Notes under the pieces: model-generated
Told to the model about the DNA's origin: nothing
The model's input: only the letters and a program-made list of their open reading frames with translations
The model's database searches: none
Origin: Candidatus Latescibacterota bacterium
GTDB lineage: Bacteria; Latescibacterota; UBA2968; UBA8231
Assembly: GCA_965221775.1 (NCBI GenBank)
Contig: CBDCSU010000006.1
Coordinates: 1,088,001-1,152,000, forward strand
Direction: 5' to 3'
DNA length: 64,000 nt
Shown here: positions 9,398 to 18,762 of the stretch, one piece after another
How the letters are laid out: each line of letters begins with the position of its first letter
Position numbering within the stretch: position 1 is the first letter of the stretch
Position numbers and translations under genes: made by a program

Positions 9398-10825
9398 GTG
9401 GACGACCGGCTTCCCTTCGCGCCCCTGCACGAGCAGGCCTCCCTCATCGCCCACGGCGAGGTGCGCGCCGTGGAGCTGGCCGAGCTCTACCTGGACCGCA
9501 TCGAGCGCTACGACGGCATCCTGAACGCCTATACGGTGGTCACCGCCGAGCGCGCCCTGGCCATGGCCCGCGCCGCCGACGAGTGGACGGACGCCGGCGT
9601 GAGCCGCGGCCCCCTGCACGGCCTGCCGCTGGCCCTCAAGGACCTGATCGACGTGGCCGGGCTGCCCACGGCGGCCGGCTCCCTCATCCTGCGGGACAAC
9701 GTGGCCGCCGGCGACGCCACGGTGGCGCGGCGGCTCTTCGAGGCCGGCGCCGTGCTCCTCGGCAAGACCCACACGGTGGAGTTCGCCTTCGGCGGGGCCG
9801 GCATCAACCACCACTACGGCACCCCCTGGAACCCCTGGGACGCCGAGGTGCAGCGCCTGCCCGGCGGCTCCAGCAGCGGCTCGGCCGTGGCCGCCGCCGC
9901 GGGGCTGGCCGCCGCCGCCATCGGCAGCGACACGGGCGGCTCGGTGCGCATCCCGGCCTCGTTCTGCGGGATCGTCGGGCTCAAGCCGACCTTCGGCCGC
10001 GTCAGCAGCGCCGGCGTCCTGCCCCTGGATCCGCGTCTCGACTCGGTGGGCCCCATGGCCCGCTGCGTCGCCGACGTGGCCCTGCTCTACAGCCTCCTCG
10101 CCGGACCCGACCCCGCCGACCCCGACACCCTGGCGCAGCCCGCCCTCACCGACGACGACTTCGAGGGCGAGGCCGGGGGCACCCGCCTGTGCATTCCGAG
10201 GGAGTACTTCTGGGAGGACGTCGATCCCGAGGTGGAGGGCGCGGTGCGGGCCTCGGCGCAGGTCTTCGCCGACCTCGGCGTCCACGTGGACGAGATCTCC
10301 ATGGAGGAGCTGGACCAGCTGACGGAGCTGCGGGCCCGCAAGAGCCTGATCGCCGTGCAGACCTACGCTACCTACCGCGAGTGGATCGAGGAGCGCGCCG
10401 ATGAGTTCGACCCCATCGTCCACGAGCGCATGCTCGACGGCCGCGACGTGAGCGCCCACGAATACGTGGAGATCAGCCGCGCCTGGGATGCCCTGCGCCG
10501 CCGCACCGCCGAGGCCCTGCGCAACGTCGACGCCCTGCTGGCGCCAGCCACCCCCTTCCCGGCGCTGCCGCTGCAGGAATGCGACGACCGCGGCGAGACC
10601 TACCGCCGCGTTAACGCCCTCTGCCTGCGCAACACCGCCGCCGCCAACCAGCTCGGCCTGTGCTCGATCTCCCTGCCCTGCGGCTTCACCCGCGGCGGCC
10701 TGCCCGTGGGACTGATGCTGATCGGCCGGCCCTTCGAGGAGGCCGGCCTCCTGCGCCTGGCGCGGGCCTACGAATCGGCCGCCGGGTGGAGCGGCCGTCA
10801 CCCCGATCTGGGCGGCTTCGGCTGA
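9398..10825 (+). CDS. Amidase signature family protein
   Basis: GLPLALKD, PGGSSSGSA, IGSDTGGSVRIPA. Confidence 0.95.
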   Translation: MDDRLPFAPLHEQASLIAHGEVRAVELAELYLDRIERYDGILNAYTVVTAERALAMARAADEWTDAGVSRGPLHGLPLALKDLIDVAGLPTAAGSLILRDNVAAGDATVARRLFEAGAVLLGKTHTVEFAFGGAGINHHYGTPWNPWDAEVQRLPGGSSSGSAVAAAAGLAAAAIGSDTGGSVRIPASFCGIVGLKPTFGRVSSAGVLPLDPRLDSVGPMARCVADVALLYSLLAGPDPADPDTLAQPALTDDDFEGEAGGTRLCIPREYFWEDVDPEVEGAVRASAQVFADLGVHVDEISMEELDQLTELRARKSLIAVQTYATYREWIEERADEFDPIVHERMLDGRDVSAHEYVEISRAWDALRRRTAEALRNVDALLAPATPFPALPLQECDDRGETYRRVNALCLRNTAAANQLGLCSISLPCGFTRGGLPVGLMLIGRPFEEAGLLRLARAYESAAGWSGRHPDLGGFG

Positions 10826-10902
10826 GTCCTTCCATCTTGCGAATGTTGGGGGGTGCCCATAGTTTCGAGCGCCTCCGCAGCACCCGCGTCAGTTCCCGCG
10901 TC

Positions 10903-10977
10903 GCTCCCATCGTCTAACGGTCAGGACTCCAGATTTTCAATCTGGCAACCGGGGTTCGACTCCCCGTGGGAGCACCA
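10903..10977 (+). tRNA. tRNA-Glu(TTC)
   Basis: GCTCCCA/TGGGAGC acceptor stem, CCAGA-TTTTCAA-TCTGG anticodon arm, GGTTCGACTCC T-arm, encoded CCA. Confidence 0.97.
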
Positions 10978-11002
10978 AACTACCTATTTCGTGCTGTTCC
11001 AC

Positions 11003-11764
11003 GTGGACAAGATCGGGCGCGAGGACGTGCTGGCCGTCCTGACGCCGATTTGGACCGACAAGCCTGAAACGGCTCGCCGGGTGCGCCGGAGCATCAAGGA
11101 CACACTCGCTTGGGCGCAGGCACACGGCTTCATCGAGCACAACGTGGCGGGAGAGGCCATTGACGGTGCGTTGCCATCCCTGACCAGCGTCAAGAAGCAC
11201 CTTCGAGCCCTGCCCTATCAGGAAGTCGCCGGGGCCTTGGAGACCGCGCAGGCGTCCAATGCCTCGCTGTCGGTCAAGCTCTGCATCCGCTTTCTCGTGC
11301 TGACGGCTTCACGTAGCGGGGAGGCTCGGGGAGCCAGGTGGAGCGAAATCGACTTGGAAGCCCGTGAATGGCGCATCTCCGCTAGCCGGATGAAGGCCGG
11401 CGCCGAGCACCGCGTACCTCTGTGTGACGCCGCCCTCTCAGTGCTTGAACAGGCCCGGGATCTCGATGATGGGAGTGGGTTGGTCTTCCCCTCTCCCTCT
11501 CGCCAAGGGAAGCCCTTGAGCGATATGGCCTTGACCAAATTGCTCCGGGACAACGGCCTTGCCGAACGCACCACGGTCCACGGGTTCCGATCCGCGTTCA
11601 GGACCTGGGCGGACGAGGCTACGGATGCCGACCATGCAATCAAGGAGTTGTCCCTCGCCCATGCCGTGGGCTCACAAGTTGAGCGCGCCTATGCCCGGTC
11701 GGATCTGCTGTCCAAGTGCCGTGAGCTGATGAGCCAGTGGGGAGATTTCGTCACCGGCAGCTGA
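11003..11764 (+). pseudogene. P4-like tyrosine integrase, N-terminally truncated
   Basis: Catalytic R (SRSGEARG), K (MKAG), HGFR, LAH, Y (RAYARS) present; arm-binding N-terminus absent. Confidence 0.85.
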
Positions 11765-12128
11765 CGCCGCCCTCAGGGCGAACATAGGCCGCCTTCACTG
11801 GCGGGCTTCTACTTGCCGTCAAATCTGCTCCTTGATCCTGGCGGCCCAGCCTGTTCAGGAACAGCTCCTTCCCCCGTCGTACCCTGAGCCTCACTGGCCG
11901 TGGCCCTCTGACGGTTCGCAGGCGCCGGAGGTACTCGTCCACCTGGAAGCCTTCAGCCAGCTCGCTCACGTAGGTTGCGAGGATCGAGATCGCTTGCTCG
12001 GCCCCCCCGGGCCCTAGGCCAACAGCCTTCACGTCCTCCGACTGGGTGACTACCTCCCCCAGCCCGCCAACCTGCTTTTCTAGCTGGGCAATCCGCTGCT
12101 CCAGCTCGTTAACTCGATCTGCGGTCAT
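11751..12128 (-). CDS. Small hypothetical coiled-coil protein
   Basis: GGAGGT RBS before ATG; heptad stretch VNELEQRIAQLEKQV. Confidence 0.45.
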   Translation of the reverse strand: MTADRVNELEQRIAQLEKQVGGLGEVVTQSEDVKAVGLGPGGAEQAISILATYVSELAEGFQVDEYLRRLRTVRGPRPVRLRVRRGKELFLNRLGRQDQGADLTASRSPPVKAAYVRPEGGVSCR

Positions 12129-12820
12129 GTCTGGACCTCCGAAGGGTAAACCGCCGGGGAAACTCGGCGCCTGTGGCGCCTTCTCGCCGTCCGACTAGCA
12201 AAGGCGGGGCCAATCCCTGCACCTTCTGTCCGTCACCGATCCAGGCGGCCCGTACCTTCCCCTGGGAATAGATTGGGTCGCTCCCCGTCACCCCCCTCTG
12301 GCTGGCTCGGAGGCCGGTGACGGTCCACCACCGGCCGGTACCGGATCGACAGTTGGAAGTGCTATTCTGAGCACCTACATTCCGACATGGTTTCGCCTCC
12401 CTCGCACACCCCAAGGGGAGAAATCCATTGACAGAGCGACGGGAAGCGAAGGAGCTTCTATTCCTTCGGCATCTTTGCCGCGCCCTCTCCAGGGTCCAGG
12501 AGGCCCGCTGGCAGATGTACCATGCCCTCGACCTGGAACCCCGGAAACAGGTGAGGACGCAGAGATCGAGCATCTTGCAGCCCTGATCCGAGAGACGGCT
12601 CCTCTCGGACCCCGATGCCGCCGGGGAGCGGCTGAGAGCGGGGCTTGAGCGGGGGGACTTGACTCGCCCGCAACTCACTACTAGGAAGGACGCAAGGGAG
12701 TGGGCCAGCCATATTGCTCCCATTTCAAAGCGGCTCCTACTGACCATGCTCACGTGGCCCCGGCTGAGCTTGGGCCACAGAGATTAGGAGAGCGCCCCCT
12801 CGGGGCCTAGCTATTTTCAG

Positions 12821-14144
12821 ATGGCGTCAAAGTCCCAAGTTCTAGAGGAGTTTTCTCTTTTCTCAGTCCCGACAGGGGGTATCGGCAGTTGGTTGACGAA
12901 GGATACTCATGACGATGTCTTCGCCCGCCTCGCAAAGATCAGTGAGCATCCGCTGCCTGCTGGGCAACTGAACCAACTGTTGGTCCTTGCACATGAAGCA
13001 CCCGTTAGCGACGGATTCTTTGAGTACTACTGGCTCAAGGCGCCCGAACAGCACTGCTACGACGTGCGAGATCTCCCCGGCTATTCCGAAGACTTCCTTG
13101 CTTCAGGGAGTTTCATTACCTCTCTATCTCATCTGAAGTGGGGGCTCTACCGCCTGTATGTCGATGGCCTTCTGTTCTTCGGGAACATCCGCTCCGCGTT
13201 TCACGGCCTTCGTGATCTGAGAGTGTGCGACCTAGAAGCGTTCTTCCGCGCTGAACGACTGGACACAGAGGCTATGAGGCAACGGGGTCCAACTCTGCCT
13301 TTGAAGTTGATTCCGAAGGACAGTCGGTATCTCATTTCGGAAATGGCATGCAAGTCTTACGGGGATACGCCTGGAGTAGAGGGTGATCTCGGAGAGTTCC
13401 TTCTCGAAGCCTATCGAAGACATGCTGCAGCGGGGAATCCCTCGCCAACGATTCGGCAGCTGTTGCATGAGGACGTTCCTGATGCGCGAGGTGGCCCTCT
13501 ACAACACGCAACAGTACCTCTCCGTGCTAAGTGAACTCGATGTCTATGTTGCCACTAGTATGAGGACGCGAGAAGACTTCCGGAAAATGGCCGATACTTG
13601 CCAGACGATTTTCTCTAGTCCCGAACTGAAGAAGATGCATCTTCGCCACTTCGATCCGACGCTCAGTGCCGCCGCGGGACACGAAGACAAAGGACTGATC
13701 GAGTGTCTGATGGTGAAGTGCGCCAAGGTCCTTGTATATTGCGCTGGAGAGAAGGAGAGCTACGGAAAAGACGCAGAGGCGGCGATGGCACTGAGTCTTG
13801 GAAAGCCAGTGATCTTCTACTCCGACCAAGAGCAGCGAAGCAGATTTTATCGCGATGTGCATCCGCTGAGTCGTCTCATTGAGTTTGAAACTGGTGTGGC
13901 GGTTGGAGCAATGGTAACGGACAGTCCTGAGGAGGTCTCGCAGCTTCTTTGCAGGATTTTCCAGAACCGGATGGAGTATCGCCTTGAACAGCCGAAGCGC
14001 GGCTTTCTACGCCTCAAGGAGAAGCTAACTGACTCGGTTGTTCGTCTCCAGACGGATGACCAGCTTCTTAGCGAAGCATTCTGGAATCACTATCACAGAG
14101 AAGAGAAGAGGGCTAAGAGAGGTGTGGGAGGAAACTACGGGTGA
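12821..14144 (+). pseudogene. Frameshifted gene with C-terminal nucleoside 2-deoxyribosyltransferase (NDT)-like domain
   Basis: ORFs 12821-13534 and 13383-14144 appear to join near 13480-13490; DVYVATS...FDP...SYGKDAEAAMALSLGKPVIFY resembles NDT fold. Confidence 0.6.
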
Positions 14145-14604
14145 TGGGTCTCTTTAGCGGCAACGGCCAGATTTGGCTGGGTAGAGGGGGCGAAAGGTGT
14201 CGGATACCCCTTGGGGGCCCGCGGACGCCCTGCGCTACGCCTACATGCAGGACGGCAATGGGGTCGCACGGGAGGGAGCATCGGGGAGTCTGCTGACATG
14301 CTCCCTTGGAAGGAAACGCGTCCTGCTGGAGAACGTGGCCCCCGGAACGGGCGCGGTGGCGGGAGAAGATTCGAGCGAAGGCTCGTACACCGTGACATGG
14401 CGAGAAGTGATGCTCCGAGAGTGCAGCGGCTGAGGAGTGAGTTCTCGGCGCTTCTGAATCCTCACGAGTGCGAGGACAAAGAGCTGGTGGCGTGCAGCAG
14501 CAACTGGGTGTTATGCCGATGAGGAGCGGAACAAGCCTATGGAGGAGATCGACCTGCGCACCACGCAAGGGGCAAGTGGCCGGTAGAGGCCTTGGGCCTC
14601 CAAG

Positions 14605-15123
14605 ATGACAGATCGATCTCTTACAGACTGCAAGCGACGGCTGCTCGTTCTGTCTTGCTCGCGCCGGAAACGGGTGTCCGAGCGACCCATGCCGGCGATC
14701 GAGCGATACAATGGACCGCTATTCTTGACCTTGCGTCGCTTCCTGCGTATCTGTCCAGAGGGAGCGGGGCCGCTAGACATTTACGTCTTGTCGGCCGCCC
14801 ATGGGCTTATCCCCGGAGGGAAGCCAATCAAGTGGTATGATCGGAGAATGGACTTGAGAAGAGCGATTGAGTTGCAGCCCTCGGTCAAGAGAGCATTCTC
14901 AGAACTCCTACGGAACAACAGCTATTGCTCAATGTGCTTGGCACTCGGAAGGCTGTACTCTAGGGCGCTTGATGACTGGCAAGAGCTGATTCCATCAGAT
15001 GCGGAATGCACAATCGCTAAGGGTCCCTTAGGAGCAAAGGCCCGCGAGCTGAAGAGGTGGCTAAACGGCCCAGAAATAGAGCCACTGCAACAATTGCAGG
15101 AGCAACCAAATGGTCCGCATTGA
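14605..15123 (+). CDS. DUF6884 / YaaA-like protein
   Basis: LLVLSCSRRK, PAIERYNGPLF, IYVLSAAHGLI, YDRRM, LGRLY. Confidence 0.75.
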   Translation: MTDRSLTDCKRRLLVLSCSRRKRVSERPMPAIERYNGPLFLTLRRFLRICPEGAGPLDIYVLSAAHGLIPGGKPIKWYDRRMDLRRAIELQPSVKRAFSELLRNNSYCSMCLALGRLYSRALDDWQELIPSDAECTIAKGPLGAKARELKRWLNGPEIEPLQQLQEQPNGPH

Positions 15124-15457
15124 AATATTGGAGATAGGACCGGGAGAAGATGAAGCAAAGACGAAGAGAAGAATCGAAATAGACGCAATTGACCCATCGC
15201 AAATACCTCCGGTAAACCAAAGAGCCGGCAGTCTGATCGCGATGCCCGAAATTGAGGGAATCATCGACGAAATCACTCCGATGGATCAGGGGGAGGATCA
15301 GGAGCTGTATTATGCGAGAAACGTGCCCGTTCTCGAAGATGGGAATCTGGCGCGGACTCCGCTAGATCTCCCACACCATACAGGCCTACGAGTTGTGCTA
15401 GAGAGTATTCTTAGGGAATATGGTACGCCGGATAACCTCCAGATACGCCTTAGCTGA
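15110..15457 (+). CDS. Small acidic hypothetical protein
   Basis: AGGAG RBS; overlaps upstream gene and ends 11 nt before next. Confidence 0.65.
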   Translation: MVRIEILEIGPGEDEAKTKRRIEIDAIDPSQIPPVNQRAGSLIAMPEIEGIIDEITPMDQGEDQELYYARNVPVLEDGNLARTPLDLPHHTGLRVVLESILREYGTPDNLQIRLS

Positions 15458-15468
15458 AGGGGGCTTGT

Positions 15469-16575
15469 ATGGCGCAGATTCTATCTCTTGGGGAATTCAA
15501 GACAGCCGCCGGCAGACATCTGTGCAAAGGCACTTGGACTCTAGAATATCACGACCGAACGCATCTGCCAAGGGGTGCTTTCGTTGCTCTTGCAAGCATC
15601 GAGATCGAAGATGGAGGACCAGGTGGCAACTGGTTTTTTCGCTTCGAGCCCAAGTCGCACACTGGTCTCGCGAAGGGTTTCGAAGCCGCTGAGAAGCTCT
15701 TCAGCAAGGGAATGGAAGCGACGAAGGCGGCTAAGGTTAGCCTGGATCAAATCAGGGAGTCGTTGGTTCGAGTGGGTCTCCTACAGCCGCGCTTTGAAAT
15801 AGAGGGTTCTCACTCTCTGGAGTGTAGTCGGTTTGCGATTGTCATATTGGATACCAACGCGCTGCGAAGTGGCTCGGCCTACCATCTACAGGAGCAATTC
15901 CCCGATACTCGGATTTGGATGGTCGTTCCAAGTGTCACATTGATGGAAATTGGGGAGAGGCTTGCTAGTGTGGCAAGCAGAGATAGAGGGGGATGTAAGC
16001 CTCAGAACAGTGCTCTCCTCAGGACGCGGCCCCAGGTTACAATTGCGCCTGGGGAGATAATGAGGATAAGGGAGCAGTTCCCTGCAGAGACGTTAGAACT
16101 AGCTCCGGAGTTGCTCCGCGTCTTTCGGGGCTACGAGACGAGACATGGGGACAAGGAGCCTGATCGAGTCTCCATCAACGACCGGCTGATTCTGGAGAGC
16201 ATTAAGGATCTTCAGCGGCAGCGCAATGTGTCCTCGGGCGTGTACTTGATGTCCGGAGACAAGGATATTTCCCGGTTGGCTCATCTTGAAGGGATTCAGA
16301 CGATTTTTCCGGAAGTGCCAGACCTGGAAACGACGGGCATCTACTCAGTGCGGTACTCGTTAGAGTCTCGCGCACATGTGGTGTGCTCCATCTTCCGACT
16401 GCTGTGGGACTTGGCCCATGTCTTCAGTTGTATCCGGATGAGCAGAGATGGAGCGCCGGGCGGGGAGAGCGACTTGGCACTGTCCTACTACTACGAGTCA
16501 AAGCTGGTGAAGGATTGGGCAGACGACAAACTGGAGGTGCAAGTTGGACCCGGTTGTCCCAGCGACGCTGTTTAG
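15469..16575 (+). CDS. PIN-domain nuclease with N- and C-terminal extensions
   Basis: ILDTNAL, VPSVTLMEI, INDRLIL, LMSGDKD acidic active-site pattern. Confidence 0.8.
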   Translation: MAQILSLGEFKTAAGRHLCKGTWTLEYHDRTHLPRGAFVALASIEIEDGGPGGNWFFRFEPKSHTGLAKGFEAAEKLFSKGMEATKAAKVSLDQIRESLVRVGLLQPRFEIEGSHSLECSRFAIVILDTNALRSGSAYHLQEQFPDTRIWMVVPSVTLMEIGERLASVASRDRGGCKPQNSALLRTRPQVTIAPGEIMRIREQFPAETLELAPELLRVFRGYETRHGDKEPDRVSINDRLILESIKDLQRQRNVSSGVYLMSGDKDISRLAHLEGIQTIFPEVPDLETTGIYSVRYSLESRAHVVCSIFRLLWDLAHVFSCIRMSRDGAPGGESDLALSYYYESKLVKDWADDKLEVQVGPGCPSDAV

Positions 16576-17383
16576 CGTCTTGGACAGGTTGGCAACAAGG
16601 ATGGGGCCTGTCCGAATAGCCGATCTGGAATCTACGCGCCGGTTCTCCAATCGGCGCTTCGCTGAAATTGGGAGAGTAATCGAGGGCCTCGGCCTTGCGC
16701 AGCGGGTAGGCCAAACGCTAGTACCGACTGGAGCGTTGGGACCCTTTGTTTCCTATTGGGAGCAAGGAGATCTTGATGGGATTAGCGGTTTCTTTCAACG
16801 ATATGTCCCGTACGACGCTTTCCGTGGATACCTGCAAGCGGAGAGATGCATTGCTCTGCCGCGGAAGGGCGAGCGAGGGGCACGGCGCAGGATGGGCAAA
16901 GAGTTGAGGTCCGGCGGCACCGGACTGACCTTCGTAGCTATTGATACCTTCAAGTGGTGGGGGATGGCGGTCGGGGAGGTGTATCTGTCGCCCTTCGGAG
17001 AGAGAGAGATCTACTGGGGTGGGGAGCGGCCCGCATTGGATGAGTTCGAAGCAATACTACAAGTTGAGTATGCGGAGATCCGGCCATTGGATGGGTTCGC
17101 GAACGTTGGGAGGCTGGCGGACCGTGTCTGCCGGCAGCTTTGCATTTCATTTCCGTGCTTTGAGAGGCTCTTCCTGGGACTGTGGCAGCGCCGGAGGTTT
17201 GCCACGGGGACATCCTTACAGCGCGGCCACCGAGGAAGAGGGGCGATACAGATCCTTCGGCCTCGGTCAGAAGCAAAGAGGCGCGGACTCCCGGTTGAGT
17301 GGACGGCTAAGCGTTTTGTGGAGGACGGTTTGGTGATCCATGGCCGGAGCGTTAAGGTGGTCAAACTTAGGCCAGGGCCTTAG
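16544..17383 (+). CDS. Hypothetical basic protein, possibly tandem winged-helix DNA-binding
   Basis: Fills operon between PIN and ATPase; wHTH-like segments by eye (GLGLAQRVGQTLVPT; RLADRVCRQLCIS); start uncertain. Confidence 0.6.
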   Translation: MDPVVPATLFSVLDRLATRMGPVRIADLESTRRFSNRRFAEIGRVIEGLGLAQRVGQTLVPTGALGPFVSYWEQGDLDGISGFFQRYVPYDAFRGYLQAERCIALPRKGERGARRRMGKELRSGGTGLTFVAIDTFKWWGMAVGEVYLSPFGEREIYWGGERPALDEFEAILQVEYAEIRPLDGFANVGRLADRVCRQLCISFPCFERLFLGLWQRRRFATGTSLQRGHRGRGAIQILRPRSEAKRRGLPVEWTAKRFVEDGLVIHGRSVKVVKLRPGP

Positions 17384-17391
17384 GGACCCAA

Positions 17392-18624
17392 ATGGCAAGG
17401 AGGGCGATGCTTGTGGCTCGTTCAATTGGTGATCCAGATCTGGAGCAAATCCGGAGCGAGTTCAGTCAGGAGGTTCCTCGTAATCCGTACGAGGACTTCT
17501 TTCTGCTGGCGAATCCGTTTCCAGACCTTGGACAGTTCTGCGGGCTCTGCGTGAACCAAGAGTCGGTAAAGGCAGAATTCACCCGTGTACTTAGGGAACT
17601 GTACGGGGGATCGCAGTCCCGAGTGATGACCATACTGGGTAGCACAGGAGCGGGGAAGACGAATCTTCTACGGTTTCTCGAAGGGACACTGAAAGGCTGG
17701 AGAGAACCCGGTCCGGAGAGAAGAGCCATTACCGATCTGTTTACCGTGTTTGTTGAGCAGCCGCAGGGGAGCTACTTAGAAATGCACCGGCAGATCGTTG
17801 GTCAGTTGGGAGAGGTTTTCTTTAGCGAGTTCTTCACCAGAGTGCGTCGGGGCGAAGTTGACTTGGGGGAGCTATCTGAGGCATTGGGTGATGTGAACCC
17901 AGAATTGCTGCAAGCACTTCGGTACATTGCGGGGGCGGAGTCGGGACAACTGCCCTTGGGCGAACCGCGTTCGTACCGGCTGTTGGGCGACTGGTTGCAG
18001 GGCGGAAGGGTGGGGGTTGCGGAGAGGAGGAGACTGGGAAGCGTCTCCGCAGAGGTCGGAAGATCGGGTACCGTCGCCATTAGGTTTCTGTCAGACTTTG
18101 TTCGGGTCCTGTTGGAGGCGAAGCTTCTTAGGGGGTTAGTGATATTCGTCGATGAATTTGAGGAAGTGTTTTCCGGAGTGTCAGCGGCAAAGCAGGCGCA
18201 GTATGCTCAAGACTTGAGGAATTTGATCGATAGCCACCCGAAGGGAGTGGTCTTTGTCATCGGTACGGCACCGCTTGGTGAGCAACTGCAGAGTGTCTCG
18301 CCTCCCCTGCAGCGGCGTCTAGGAAGAGGGGTGGAGGTGGAGCCGATCGCGGATGAGAAGACTGCTCTGGAATACGCACAGGCGTACGTTGGGTGGGGTA
18401 GGGAGAGATTTGTGGAGGAGAGGCAAGTCCCGGTGTGTGTGCCAGAAGAGTGTGAGGAGAGAGACCAACCGTACTACCCGTTGTGTGAGGAGAGCGTGAA
18501 GGGAGTGTTCAGAGACCTGCAGGGGGAATTGGGATCCCAGGAGGTTGTGCCTGGTGACTTTCTTCCGGGGCTGAATTTTCTACTCTACAAGCGGGTCTAT
18601 GGAGAGGGGCGATGCGAGAGGTGA
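17392..18624 (+). CDS. AAA+ P-loop ATPase (BrxD/DUF2791-like)
   Basis: YEDFFLLANPF, Walker A GSTGAGKT, WLQG, Walker B GLVIFVDEFEE, putative Arg finger PLQRRL. Confidence 0.8.
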   Translation: MARRAMLVARSIGDPDLEQIRSEFSQEVPRNPYEDFFLLANPFPDLGQFCGLCVNQESVKAEFTRVLRELYGGSQSRVMTILGSTGAGKTNLLRFLEGTLKGWREPGPERRAITDLFTVFVEQPQGSYLEMHRQIVGQLGEVFFSEFFTRVRRGEVDLGELSEALGDVNPELLQALRYIAGAESGQLPLGEPRSYRLLGDWLQGGRVGVAERRRLGSVSAEVGRSGTVAIRFLSDFVRVLLEAKLLRGLVIFVDEFEEVFSGVSAAKQAQYAQDLRNLIDSHPKGVVFVIGTAPLGEQLQSVSPPLQRRLGRGVEVEPIADEKTALEYAQAYVGWGRERFVEERQVPVCVPEECEERDQPYYPLCEESVKGVFRDLQGELGSQEVVPGDFLPGLNFLLYKRVYGEGRCER

Positions 18625-18645
18625 GGGGGGAGGGGGGAGGGGGGG
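18625..18645 (+). repeat. G6-A-G6-A-G7 homopolymer tract
   Basis: GGGGGGAGGGGGGAGGGGGGG directly after ATPase stop codon. Confidence 0.9.
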
Positions 18646-18762
18646 AGAGTTCGCCCAAGGATGGAGAGTTGAGTTGGTGGAATCGTGGCTTCATGTGTTC
18701 CGGCCCCGGCGGCTGGGAAGGAACGAGAAGTTGGCGTGGCTAGATTCTAGTGGCGATAGGGG

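Noticed and set aside
10853-11002. ORF extension reading through tRNA-Glu in frame with the integrase (SSV-like split integrase?)
   Set aside because: The upstream peptide has no integrase character and P4-like integrases are not split by attP; chance open frame after a deletion is simpler
12129-12820. Several ORFs between integrase and NDT-like gene (also 14145-14600 and 21100-21800)
   Set aside because: No recognisable motifs or consistent frame; probably decayed sequence
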